Shown here: positions 43,701-52,990 of the stretch, one piece after another
How positions within the stretch are numbered: the first letter of the stretch is position 1
Layout: the number at the start of each line of letters is the position of its first letter
From: Botryllus schlosseri
Taxonomy: Eukaryota
DNA: 64,000 bases
Direction: 5' to 3'
Assembly: GCA_051294905.1 (NCBI GenBank)
Contig: CM119372.1
Coordinates: 4,528,001-4,592,000, forward strand
The notes under the pieces: model-generated
What the model was told of the DNA's origin: nothing
Seen by the model: the letters and a program-made list of their open reading frames with translations, nothing else
Database searches by the model: none
Translations under genes and position numbers: made by a program

Positions 43701-46700
43701 CTGTTGTCAATCACCTTCGAACATTGTAAGAGATGATTTTACGCGCGGACTTTATCAGTTATAGGAAGCTGGTTCACGAGTTCAGCAATGAGCTGGACGT
43801 GTCGCCAGACGCCATTCGCGAAAACACTCTGCTTGTGAACAAAGCCAGATTGATTGTTTCTTGCTACCTTGAATCGGACGTGCTACCGAAAGTTCGAGTG
43901 AGTACGCGACAGGGAACATACTGTACAATGTAAATACGTGGGTGGAGACTGGAGAGTGTATTGACCAGGTTTCGAAAAGAGAGTACGGTGCAAATCAGGT
44001 TATAAACGGGACTGAATTATGCTTGCACGTCATGCACAAGCACTAGCACAATGCATACCCATTTCAATGAGTTTAAACTAGTGAAATACGCGCCAATCCT
44101 TATGGAAATTATACTATCACGAGGGGGTTCAGTAGATGTGTAGCCCAAAGGTGCACATGTACTGTACATGTAAAAGAAATAACCATCTCGTCCCATACTT
44201 ATGTCATTATATGTATTGGCGTACTTAACACGTCTACCCAACTGCTACAGACGTAAAAGCAGTATTTTGTACCAGAAAGTGGCCCTGACGAGATAGCCGC
44301 ACACCGCCGTGGTGAAAGTATGGAAATTTCCTTTTTCGTTTGCTTTTATGCGCTATAGACTCTCTATAGAGTACGGGAGTCTGCAGCAATGCTATGTCTG
44401 CTAGCAAGCAAATTCTTAACAGCCCTGTATAAATGAACAAACATTTGTTCAAGAGACGAACTGCATTCTCTACTACTGTTCAGTATGCGAGAGATGTTAT
44501 TGCAGAGGGCGGCCATCCGTCTGAATGCGAGTTTATTTTATGCATTGACTCAGTTATCATCGCTATAACTATACTATCGAGTAATGTGTCATTTGGTGCA
44601 GTCTAGACATAGCTCAATTCACAACGTGGTTCAGTCTTGCACAAATTACCGATCTAGTTAATTGACGGTCAACTGAATACGAGTTTTTCAGTAGTACTAT
44701 AATTTTAGCGCTAGTGGTTGATCTTGAAAAATGAGTAGTTCTACTTCTAGTTCTAGTTGCGAATAAAGACGTTAGTTCTAGTTCTAGTTCTAGTGAGAGT
44801 TTTTAAAGCTGGGTAGTTGTAGTTCTAGCTGAGAGTTTTGAAAAGCGAAAAGTTTTATTTCTAGTTTTATGTCTTTTGATCGCTTAGTGAGGATTTTACA
44901 GATCAACATCCCGCACGAGGTGGCCAGGATATCCTCGGACGCTTTGCGAAACGATAACATCGAGTACGGCCTTTTCCACAAGGCAACGATCACGATTTTC
45001 CCCATGCTACTCGATTTCTGGCGAAGGTGCGCACTTCACTTTGTTGACTGTAGCAGCAGCGCGCCGTGTGCAACGGTTTCTTACATCTTATCTCTGTGTC
45101 GTCATAATTTATAGGAGCCACTTGTCAGTGCAACGTTGCTTGTTAGCAAAGTAATCAAATATTTCCTTTGTCCGAAGGTTGCAGTACTTGTATATGATGC
45201 GTGAACGATACCTAGTTTAGATGATCCATTTTATCGAAAGTTATATTTGTTTCCTGCGCAAATCGTGAACATGAAAGGTAAAGAAATAAAGGCGAGTAGG
45301 AAGGTAAACTAAGTCTGTTTGTGTATGAATATCTATTAGATCAGTGGCTGTCAACCGCCGGCCAGTGTCAATAACTATACTGCCAGTAAGACACTAAGAC
45401 AGATGTTTTTGACTTGATAGCTCAATTCCAAAATGCATGTAGTTAGAGTCTTGTTCATTAATTAGACGCATGAAACGTTAAAGTGGAAATTGATTTAGAA
45501 ATGTGGAATATATTTTAATGTACCGTGTCGTAATATAGAGTTCATGGTCTGTATTGTGGACTGAGCAGGTGTTGTACGAAACTGGTAAAAAGTATAGCCT
45601 ATAACTTGCTCAAGACCAATGTGACAGTTAAGACTTTTAAAGCAGTAGTTTAATTTTGGCAGTTCAATTTAGCGATATTCGGAAGTATGTCACAGTATAG
45701 CAAACAGGAAAAGCGTATAAAATCGCGTTGCTGCTTTTTTACGGTAGCCTACGTCGCCTTGCAGAGACTTCACTAGAAACCACGTATAGTCTAATATCAA
45801 ATGGCAGCGTTAAATGAAGTGTCCAATTTTTGTTGTATCAATAATTCTGATTCTAGTCCAATTTGGAAAAAATCTGTCTAGGTATAGAATTTGGAAAAGC
45901 TAAAAAATTTAAATTTGTCCAAGTCTGGTTGGTCTGATCCCTTTGAGTGTACGGCACAGTGACACCTTGTGACGACCGCCGTGCCGGCGAATTTCCTAGC
46001 GGCCGCGTATCACGGGCGCTCACTTTTCCGGCAGATTTTGCGCCGAGCACTACGCCTACATACCGACCTTGTCGAAAAAGCACCAGAAAATTTACGGCTA
46101 TAAAATGACGCCAGCCATCGCCGAACAGCGGAAAAAGCCGAAGAAACCGCGCGCGCCAGAGGAAGGCGGCGACTCGAAACGCAGCACCGCGAACGCGAAC
46201 ATCTCGTCCAAGTATCTCAATATGGATCAGACCAATTTTACAATGAAGAGAGCTTCCCCGATAGGATGTGAGTCCGATAATAGTTCCTCGCACTTGTACT
46301 GCCCATTCACTGCCAGCTATGCAATTACGTGGTCCATTGTTTGAGAACTCACAGTATAATTTCAGTATCCTGTTCGCAGTGGTTCTCAACCTTTTTGGCT
46401 TCGCGGACCCCTTTTGACCGTCACGGACACTCGCGGACCCCCTCAAGTTTTAGTTCAATTTTAGCTCTATTATGGTGCAACCTTCATCTGTCTTGTGCAA
46501 ATATGAACAGTAGACTGGTGATAAACAGCAGAATATTGATTTTTCCTGAAGATAACATCACACTATTTATGTAGAAATTGGTGGACTTCTATTATTTCAA
46601 AGCTACTTTTTCTGCTGTATTTCTTGAAGTAAGTGGTCGTGTCTTGAAAATCCGCGTCTTCATTTTGATATGAACTAGGAGTCCCGAAAACCATTTCCGC

Positions 46701-48327
46701 AAAGATAGATGGAGGCTAATGCAATGATAACGCATAACGCTCCCGACGATACTTTCGGTGTGAACGCAACATTTATGGCACCAAAATGAAGAAACACATA
46801 TTTTATGAACATATCACATCCAGCATCTAGCGCAGGGATGGGAAACTTACGGACCGCGGACCGGCTTCGGCCTGCAAAGAGTTTCTATACCGTCAAAGTG
46901 AAATCCTAATCTAAAAGTATAGACAAATTTTATGCTCCAAAGAATGGATCCACGTTTTCCAACCACAGAAAGACTGTCATGAAACGACTTGTTCTGTTCA
47001 GGTTTACATATATATTTACGAGCAAACATTTTCGACCATGACAATTGAACATTAACAAGACGAGGCTGCATACCAATGTAACTGGTGAAATGAATTTCAG
47101 GATTGGAGCGTAATGCTTTGTTAGCAACGAAACACTCTTTGTTCATAAAAAAAATCAGCCTTGTCGATAGGGCATCCTCCATAAGAATGCGCCAAATCTG
47201 ATAGCCGAGCTTTAAGAGCAGGTATATCATTGTCCGATTTATGACGAGGGTCAGCCGAAAATAGACTGTTAAATTGTATATTAAAGTTCTGTACCTCCAA
47301 GAAGCTGTTCCTTGCATTGAGAAAAATTATGGAAATACTTCGGAAATTTTTATTTTCAAACGACTGTTCACTTATTTGATGAGACTGACAACTTCAAATC
47401 AAGAAGGTTTTTCAGGCATTACGAAGTCACACTGATTGACGTTACTGTCTCCATATTTTTATTTTTTTCCACAAACCCCAACAAAACGTCTCTAAACAGA
47501 AATTTGTTTGTATCAGCAGGTTATTGGAAAATTGGCCATGAAAATGAGTTTCCACACTACGATAGTCCATGTCAGACGATTATTATTATGATATGAGTCA
47601 TGAGGTTTTAGCAGTTGTGGTGCGAAACTGCCTCATGCTTTCACAAATTAAAAAATAAAATAAAAATTAGGTTATCAACCATTTTAAAAATTTAGAGGTC
47701 TCGTGGACCCCCTGAAATTGCTTCGCGGACCCCCGGTTGAGAACCGCTGTGTTATATCATAGTTGCGCTATACGACTATATTCATCCGCGCGTGTCATAC
47801 TACAGGCTGCAGACAATTTAGATTCGAGGAATGATGCATTCTAAAATGGATGGGAGTCAGACTTAGAGAAAGAGAGAGAGAGAGAATTTATTCATCATCG
47901 CAAAAAATTCAATAATATATTCATGTTGAAATAAACCCGAATATTTTCGGCTGACACTCGTCAGCAAATTTTGTACTTTGAAAATGTAAACAGTGTATAG
48001 TAAATATCATATAAATGCGGCTGTGCGTGGGAAGTTTAAATATGTACCTTTAACGCGACCATATCGAATATAATGCCAGCCCGGCATTTATTACAGCGAA
48101 TAGTAAGACAATCTTAGATTTTAACTATGCTGACTTTTCTAAGAGTACGAGGGTCATGTCAGTACCAATCACAATTAAAACTTGTCGGCGTGCGCCTTAA
48201 TGCATGACTTTTCGCCGCAGTTGAGGAAATGGGACTCCGGTTAACCTTCTCAGTGCGCCATGGTGTGACTCTGATTCAGCCCTCGCTGCGGAAGAGACTA
48301 CTAACGGAAAATCCTGCCAGGTATTGA
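4757..48327 (+). CDS. RGSL1: RGSL1/RGS22-like multi-RGS-domain protein, ~28 exons
   Basis: GT-AG, phase-consistent exons: 4757-4769, 4830-4930, 4998-5072, 5136-5283, 5369-5533, 5816-5985, 8068-8311, 8436-8506, 9280-9572, [unresolved ~17.5-17.9 kb], 18339-18417, 18491-18653, 19111-19328, 19392-19490, 20656-20776, 21937-22109, 23887-24136, 25172-25390, 25596-25785, 26363-26455, 27930-28110, 32557-32787, 34581-34773, 40049-40202, 41451-41604, 43759-43897, 44902-45026, 46035-46267, 48221-48320/7. Motifs include FVDFFNKFTCLP, KGLVEWL..RLTFF, RYWLPRYL, LNFWLDVE, RPKNFQDIL..HLHFFNRFL..PLRFW, QLLQCGADVIREI, EEKWF, NDLHFW, SDVLPKVRINIP..FHKATITIFP..FWRRFC and LTFSVRHG, which resemble RGSL1. The 3' end is uncertain: read-through stop at 48327, or a splice to ~48972. 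Confidence 0.85.
6656..7312 (+). mobile_element. Probable solo LTR interrupted by a MITE
   Basis: Has TG...CA ends. A related copy lies on the minus strand at ~41996-42222, sharing gcccacccatt.aggggtgtat, ggggccgccaagtgt and atctctttacatc, and containing AATAAA. No clear TSD. Confidence 0.45.
6789..7192. mobile_element. hAT-type MITE
   Basis: TIR tagaggtcgaccgat/atcggtcgacctcta, 8-bp TSD GTGGACAC, and ccgata subterminal repeats. Confidence 0.9.
7448..7481 (+). ncRNA. Minimal type I hammerhead ribozyme in a Penelope terminal-repeat fragment (~7395-7550)
   Basis: ACCC-CTGACGA-GTGTCAGCC-GAAA-ATAT-TC-GGGT gives the full hammerhead core, stem I ACCC/GGGT, a 1-bp stem II and a palindromic loop III. 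Confidence 0.75.
8877..9239. mobile_element. hAT-derived MITE of the CTAATT-repeat family
   Basis: TIR cagacttggaca.ct/agttgtccaagtctg with internal attagaattagaatt units. Many relatives occur elsewhere in the window. Confidence 0.7.
9691..10460. mobile_element. hAT-type MITE nested in the Penelope repeat
   Basis: TIR cagtggtcgggaacc/ggttcccgaccactg; 8-bp TSD TCGTATAT. Confidence 0.92.
11457..11971. mobile_element. hAT-type MITE nested in the Penelope element
   Basis: TIR tagggctgggc/gcccagcccta; 8-bp TSD CAAATAGT. Confidence 0.92.
12474..13005. mobile_element. Fold-back MITE (long inverted arms)
   Basis: gggttgctcaaaaataac...gttattttgagcaacc; related to 26771, 57588 and 60825. Confidence 0.7.
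13241..14489. mobile_element. hAT-type MITE containing a nested element (~13530-14323)
   Basis: TIR cagtggttct/agaaccactg; 8-bp TSD TTTTAAAA. The inner segment shares its end (gttacggtcctg) and body with 37022-38347. Confidence 0.8.
14611..15038. mobile_element. hAT-type MITE with AATCC subterminal repeats
   Basis: TIR cagagatgagc/gctcatctctg; 8-bp TSD GTATACAC. Relatives at 40266-40647 and ~40736-41088. Confidence 0.9.
15641..15674 (-). ncRNA. Minimal type I hammerhead ribozyme
   Basis: The reverse complement reads ACCC-CTGACGA-GTGTCAGCC-GAAA-ATAT-TC-GGGT, sense to the Penelope ORF and ~100 nt downstream of it. Confidence 0.75.
16135..16168 (+). ncRNA. Minimal type I hammerhead ribozyme
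   Basis: Identical 34-nt motif in the inverted terminal repeat. Confidence 0.75.
18232..18265 (+). ncRNA. Minimal type I hammerhead ribozyme
   Basis: Identical 34-nt motif in a solo terminal-repeat fragment (~18178-18297), although the flanks have diverged. Confidence 0.72.
19770..20330 (+). mobile_element. R4/Dong-like non-LTR retrotransposon endonuclease fragment, split by a MITE
   Basis: Removing the MITE gives KILWDVPVITDRQIRSNRPDIMIKLIKKRKCFYVDTVDITWP, a restriction-like endonuclease (R/K)PD...D motif typical of this clade. Confidence 0.7.
19876..20238. mobile_element. hAT-type MITE
   Basis: TIR tagggttaccata/tatggtaacccta; 8-bp TSD TCATGATC. Partial relatives at ~1574 and ~24176. Confidence 0.92.
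21310..21837. mobile_element. hAT-type MITE with GACTCGAGTC subterminal repeats
   Basis: Inverse-orientation relative of 59189-59751; near-TSD gaaaatat/gaaaataa. Confidence 0.8.
22180..23575. repeat. Degenerate ~37-40-bp tandem array (ctaattctaatctaatttggaaaa..tgtgtatctata) inside a hAT-derived element
   Basis: Dozens of visible units. Similar arrays at 24240-24930 and, in reverse, 34910-36290. Confidence 0.85.
24240..24930. repeat. CTAATT-family tandem array
   Basis: Same unit as 22180-23575, with a higher-order duplication. Confidence 0.8.
24985..25160 (+). mobile_element. SINE 3' fragment
   Basis: Matches the body and CAA-rich tail of the SINE at 39693-39905 (cgtaagcggtgt...aagcctaga...aaatgacc..gtagtcgac..caccatgaatac). 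It ends just before the acceptor of exon 25172. Confidence 0.65.
26771..27347. mobile_element. Fold-back MITE
   Basis: ggggtgtt.aaaaatgac...gtcatttttgaacacccc with long inverted arms and TA flanks. Confidence 0.85.
29082..31805 (-). mobile_element. P-superfamily (THAP9-like) DNA transposon, degenerate
   Basis: ~100-bp TIRs (cggggcctacgatacttacggcct...), 7-bp TSD TCGGAAC, and an internal transposase pseudogene. Confidence 0.92.
29500..31209 (-). pseudogene. THAP-domain P-element transposase, frameshifted and internally deleted
   Basis: THAP C2CH motif (CCVYGC..FHFP..WKP...ICELHF), VTDNHSSN, KQNVNLA, DPFERRFSRYRQMSGG (~30150-30195) and the C-terminal YVVAGY..C..C..RGGLLAPS, spread over several frames. 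Confidence 0.88.
32150..32505. mobile_element. Penelope-like fragment with inversion and a mutated hammerhead (32444-32477)
   Basis: Similar to 10575-10685, followed by an inverted terminal repeat. The motif ends GAAA-ATAT-CC, so U16.1 is lost. Confidence 0.7.
34910..36290. repeat. CTAATT-family tandem array (~38-bp unit, ~76-bp dimer)
   Basis: Alternating units attagaattattgctgcgtagttttt and gaatt..acctacacattttcttccaa. These explain the periodic ORF 35169-35498. Confidence 0.88.
36603..38601. mobile_element. hAT-type MITE with a nested insertion
   Basis: TIR cagtggttcccaacc/ggttgggaatcactg; 8-bp TSD ATATAAAG. Confidence 0.9.
37022..38347. mobile_element. Non-autonomous hAT-type element (~1.3 kb)
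   Basis: TIR cagggccgtaac/gttacggccctg; 8-bp TSD TCAATACC; inverse relative at 51242-52461. Confidence 0.9.
39693..39905 (-). mobile_element. tRNA-derived SINE
   Basis: The minus strand begins ggcgagatagcgcagtgg (A box), has gggctcgcgtcc (B-box-like) and ends in (CAAA)n. A second copy lies at ~24985-25160. Confidence 0.7.
40266..40647. mobile_element. hAT-type MITE
   Basis: TIR cagagatgagc/gctcaactctg; TSD ccatgaaa/ccattaaa. Confidence 0.85.
43098..43683. mobile_element. P-type fold-back MITE
   Basis: ~280-bp inverted arms starting catagtgtcctat; 7-bp TSD GTCTAAT. Confidence 0.88.
46377..47749. mobile_element. hAT-type MITE with internal inserts
   Basis: TIR cagtggttctcaacc/ggttgagaaccgctg with gcggacccc subterminal repeats; TSD not clean. 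Confidence 0.72.
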
Positions 48328-50014
48328 ACTGTACGCAGGGTTTATATATACTGGAAAGATGAGAAGGTAGCGCCAGTGTCCATTGTCCGGCTATCTCAGT
48401 ATGCAGCAGCTATATCACGAGATCTGTAACACCACAGTTCGATGTACAATCGAGTTTTCGAGGCCTTTGTATGGTATAGTTTATGATGCTTATGTATGGA
48501 ACGGTGTATCGCGTAGGCTTGGACAACTAGATAGTTAGTTATCTAATTAGAGCGAAATTCCGGTAATCTAATTCTAGTCTAATTTCTGGTCTTCCTGGAA
48601 ATGTTACGAGAACTGCATCTTGCGAAGGAAGCCAAGCTTGCTACAGACTTTTGCTATTCCATTGTTTGTGAGGTAGAACTATTTATGATTTAATATCAAC
48701 TGAACTTGTTTCAATGTCCAAGTTTCGCGAATTCGGCAACTCTAGTTGTGATCTAATTTGGTGAAAATTGTGCAGCTATAATTCTAACACTAGTCCTGTT
48801 TCGAAAAGCTGAATATTTTCTAGTCGCTCAAGTATGGTACCGAGTGATGAAAGTCGAGGCGGGATACTTAATTCGGTAGTTAGACCAGAGTGGTCAGATT
48901 TGTACACATGATTTGCATAGCAGCCTGTCACAGTAGCAAATAGTTCAATTCGGAACATGAAGTTTTGCAGATCATGACGAGGCTCGTGGCTGAGCGACGA
49001 AAAGGCCGGTGGAACAATAGCAGACTACAAAAAGGCGGACAGAATATGATCACCGACTTCTATCATAAAATTAACAGCACAATGTATATTATATATCATG
49101 TATAGTTTGCGTCGTCATACGCGGCACTGGTATAGGAGAGAGGTCGGTATAGTGCCGTAGTGACACATTCAAACTTGTGCGCAATGTGTCTCGACCTTGT
49201 TTATTTAGCATTAACGTGTAATTATAACGTTAACGCGTTGGGTCAGCAACAGTACGCGACAGTGTGGACTGTGTAATCATACTTGTGAATTTCGTCAAGG
49301 GAAACTATGACATTTCCCGAGGAACTCGGCCATTCCAATAATTATAGGTATTATATATTATATTATAGGTAACCATTTTTACACCGAATATCATGGAATT
49401 TGGATATTTATTGTTCAAAAATATTACACGAAGGGTGAAGTGAGGCGCAGACGGGCCAGCCAAGCCTGACCCGCGATAGCGCAATTCATCATAAACAGCT
49501 CCAAATTTTTAATGACTGTTATTTATCGAATTCTATTGTCGCACGGATTCCGAAAATCTAAATATATATAATGTCAGAGCACAAGAACCTTCTCAAAATC
49601 GCCAATGAACGTGAAAAGCGGCCTCGTTACGTATACAATGACAGTGCAGAGCAACAAACACTATAGGTGTAGCACAGTTCATTTGCGTCACTCATTGCTG
49701 GGTAACAATACCACAGTATAGCAGCGTAGTGAAACAATGCTCGATCGACTTCGCAAACCGGCGGTATAGCATGAATCGTGTAGTTGCGACGGCCAACATG
49801 TAGTACAGCTTAATTACATTTCTTTATATAGATATAGCTGTTATCTATGTCTGTCGATCCACACGTACCTTCAATTGTGGATTATGTATGTATAATTTTA
49901 TATAGTAGCTTCTTACATAGTCAGAGTGGGAAGAGTGCTAATATTATAAGAAACAAGTCGCCAACTGAATCAGCTACCATTTGTGGTTTGTATATTCGGA
50001 ATATGACTCTAAAT

Positions 50015-50494
50015 CAGGGGTCACCAACACGGGGCACGCGCTCCGATTTGAGATTTTGGAAGAACGAGAAGTGAACTATTTAGAGATGCTGAAATCTATG
50101 TCAGTTTCAAAATGTTGTTGTTGCTGTTTCAAAATAAGCTATTCACCGATATTGCCGTGGACGTCAATGACCCAGACACTGCTAAGACCAAGACGCTTAG
50201 AAAACGGATTAGGGCAGTCCCACAAAATCAAGCTTTAGGATGAGACAGTATTTCAGCCATAGTAACGTGTCTCGCCAGCCCCAATATTGAGTCCTTAGTG
50301 CTCGGTCCATGAAAAGCGTTGCCGGGTACGTGCGTAGCTCATCATGATAACCACTTTCGTTTTATTTTGAACTATGAGCTGCGCACGTACCCGGCAACGC
50401 TTTTCATGGACCGAGCACCAAGGAATCAATATTGGGGCTGGCGAGACGAAATTTGAAAAATTGTCCGCGATCCGTTTTGAGTTGGCGACCCCTG
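50015..50494. mobile_element. hAT-type MITE with an internal hairpin
   Basis: TIR caggggtcaccaac/gttggcgacccctg; TSD ctctaaat/ctctagac. Confidence 0.8.
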
Positions 50495-50899
50495 CTCTAG
50501 ACAGTCGGCGCCTCACCAACCATGATCCTCACAACAGACTTCGACAGCTAGGAAATTTTGAGCTTTTCCGAATTAGATTAGAATTAGAATGCTTTGTTGC
50601 GCCAATAGCAGACGATGTATGTAAACGTAAGACTTGGTATCTTTCACACTCTATTTAACGACCACTTGAGAATTAGAGCTAGACAGCTTTTTCCGAATTA
50701 GAATTAGAGCTACACATTTTTTTTCCAAACTAGACTAGAATTTGAATTACTGGATTCGCAAAAACTTGGAAATTAAATGAATTTGTGAATGGGGAATAAA
50801 CGCAGCAAAAAGTTCAGTTCATATCAAATCACGGTGCATTTCCGTAACAATGAGAATGATCAACGTCTATACACCAATCTTCGCTCGTTTCCACTATAC

Positions 50900-52780
50900 C
50901 AGGGGTCATCAACACGCGGCCCGCGAGGTCATGTTTTGCGGCCGGCGATCGGATTTGTGATTTTGGAAGAACGCGAAATAAAGCATTTCAGTTTCAAATT
51001 ATTGTTGTTGTTTTAAAATTTAAATAAAGCTATGCGCATGTGCCCAACGACACTATTCCTCACTAGCTGTAACGGCTTCGGCGATGGCAACAGCATTCCA
51101 GGGATGGAGAGTCAGCTGATATGAATAATCATATTGCGCTGACGTGAAATCACCAAGTCCCTGCCAAGACCGAGACACTTAGAAAATGGCGTAGGCCCCA
51201 GAGGGTGTCCCCACAAGATCAATCTTTCAGCTAGTAACATGCAGCACCGTAACTGCCGTACCCCAAACCCCCATTGGGGGGGGGCGAGCTCGAAGGGGGC
51301 CCAAAATTATTTCGTGAATTAGCATAAATCATTCAAGTAGCCATTTATCTTTATTATTGGGTATTGGGCAATTACCACGCCACGACCCACCAAGACATAC
51401 AATCAAGTTTTAGGCAATATAACATGCGACTCCAAGAAGTGTGCCAGAACGATCGGCAGCGAGAAAACCTTGGCCGAAAAGGTCTATGCCCTTATGCTGA
51501 CCGAAGACTTCGTTATATATACAAAATACATATAGGTTTAATTGTCCATAGGCGCCTAAATGACTGGCGCCTAATGTTCCTGTCGTTGCAATCTGAACCT
51601 CACAAGGCAAATACCATCCCGCTGGGAAAAATTTTATGCCAGTGAAGAAATACCAATTTGAAATCGTGTGGGTCTCTTAGTTTAGAAGCCTACGTCTGGG
51701 CGATTCTATGTTTTTTGCTATAGCAGACTGGAAGTCACGAAATAACATCATGTAACGAAGTCATATCAACGCCCGAAGATGTTTAATTATTTTTTACGGG
51801 CCCCTCCCGTTTTCAAGACACTTCACTCAGCTCTACCCGTAAATCTAATTACATGAGTAGAGAGAACAATAAATTGATGGCATAATATATATGCAATCGC
51901 CGATCTGATTGACCGATTTTATCATAAATTATCGAAAATTTTCGCGCTTCGCGCTGGCTCACAGTACAGTACAGTTGATTTCGTGACAAACGCGAACAAC
52001 GTGATGGAGGGGTGGCTTCATCACCCTATGGGAGCCCAAGACCCACGTTTTTGGGGGCCTGACGAGGTGCTGTTTCGTTCCTGCCAACGGGTATACGCCC
52101 GAAGATGTTTAATTATTATTGAGTGGTCCTACCTTTTCAAACACACCTCACTCAGCTCTACCGGCAAATCTGATTACGCGAGCAGAGAGAAGATAAAAAT
52201 TGATAACAATATATATGCAATTCCCGATCATACTGCCCGATCCAATCATGAATTCTAGAAATTTCCCGCGCTTCGCGCGCATTGGCGACAATGGTTGATT
52301 CACTAAACAAACTCCCAACCAATATGATAAATAGCGGCAAACAGGGTATCGCCGGAGGGGTGTCTGGGGGCGAAGCCCCCCAGAAGTTCGGTCTATAACC
52401 CTATGGGGGGCCCAAGACCAAAGTTTTGGGAGGGGCCTGACGAGGTGCTGTTACGCCCCTGGTAACATGTCTGGCTAGCCCCAATATCGATTCATTAGTC
52501 GCTCAAAAGCGTTGTCAGGTATCATGCGCAGATCATAGTTCAGAATAAAATGAAGTATATGATCATGATATTTATTTTGGATTTGTCCTAATTTAATAAA
52601 ATATATCTTCTTTTGTGGTAACCAAGGCCATCGCCCATGTTAGTGAGCGCGGCGTTGCACTAGCGAAAAATTTCAAAAAGTGGTTGTTCAAACTGTGTGG
52701 CCTATTTTGTCTCGATATTGCATTCTTGCGGCGAATTTTGAATAGTGACCCGCGACCCGTTTTGGTGTTGGCGACCCCTG
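50900..52780. mobile_element. hAT-type MITE containing nested element 51242-52461
   Basis: Outer TSD CACTATAC with TIR caggggtc/gacccctg; inner TSD GTAACATG. Confidence 0.88.
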
Positions 52781-52990
52781 CACTATACAGTTCTCCTGCA
52801 TGGCTAAACACTCTTTCCGGTGGCGCTGATGTTGCAGTCGTGTCTACGAGTTCTCGAGCAGCAGCAGCCTTGAGATGAGGAAAACGATTTTCTCTTTTCC
52901 AGTTACTCAAAACATCACAGTCCATTCTCTCACTCTCTGCTGCGAAATATCTTTCCGCATCATCCTCTAATATATTTTCTTTGGTTAGAT
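52781..52990 (-). pseudogene. hAT transposase C-terminal dimerisation-domain fragment
   Basis: DVLSNWKRENRFPHLKAAAARELVDTTATSAPPERVFSHAGELYS. The frame continues on the far side of the 50900-52780 insertion. Confidence 0.8.

Noticed and set aside
45853..46446. 197-aa minus-strand ORF
   Set aside because: It is the antisense shadow of exon 46035-46267 plus MITE sequence.
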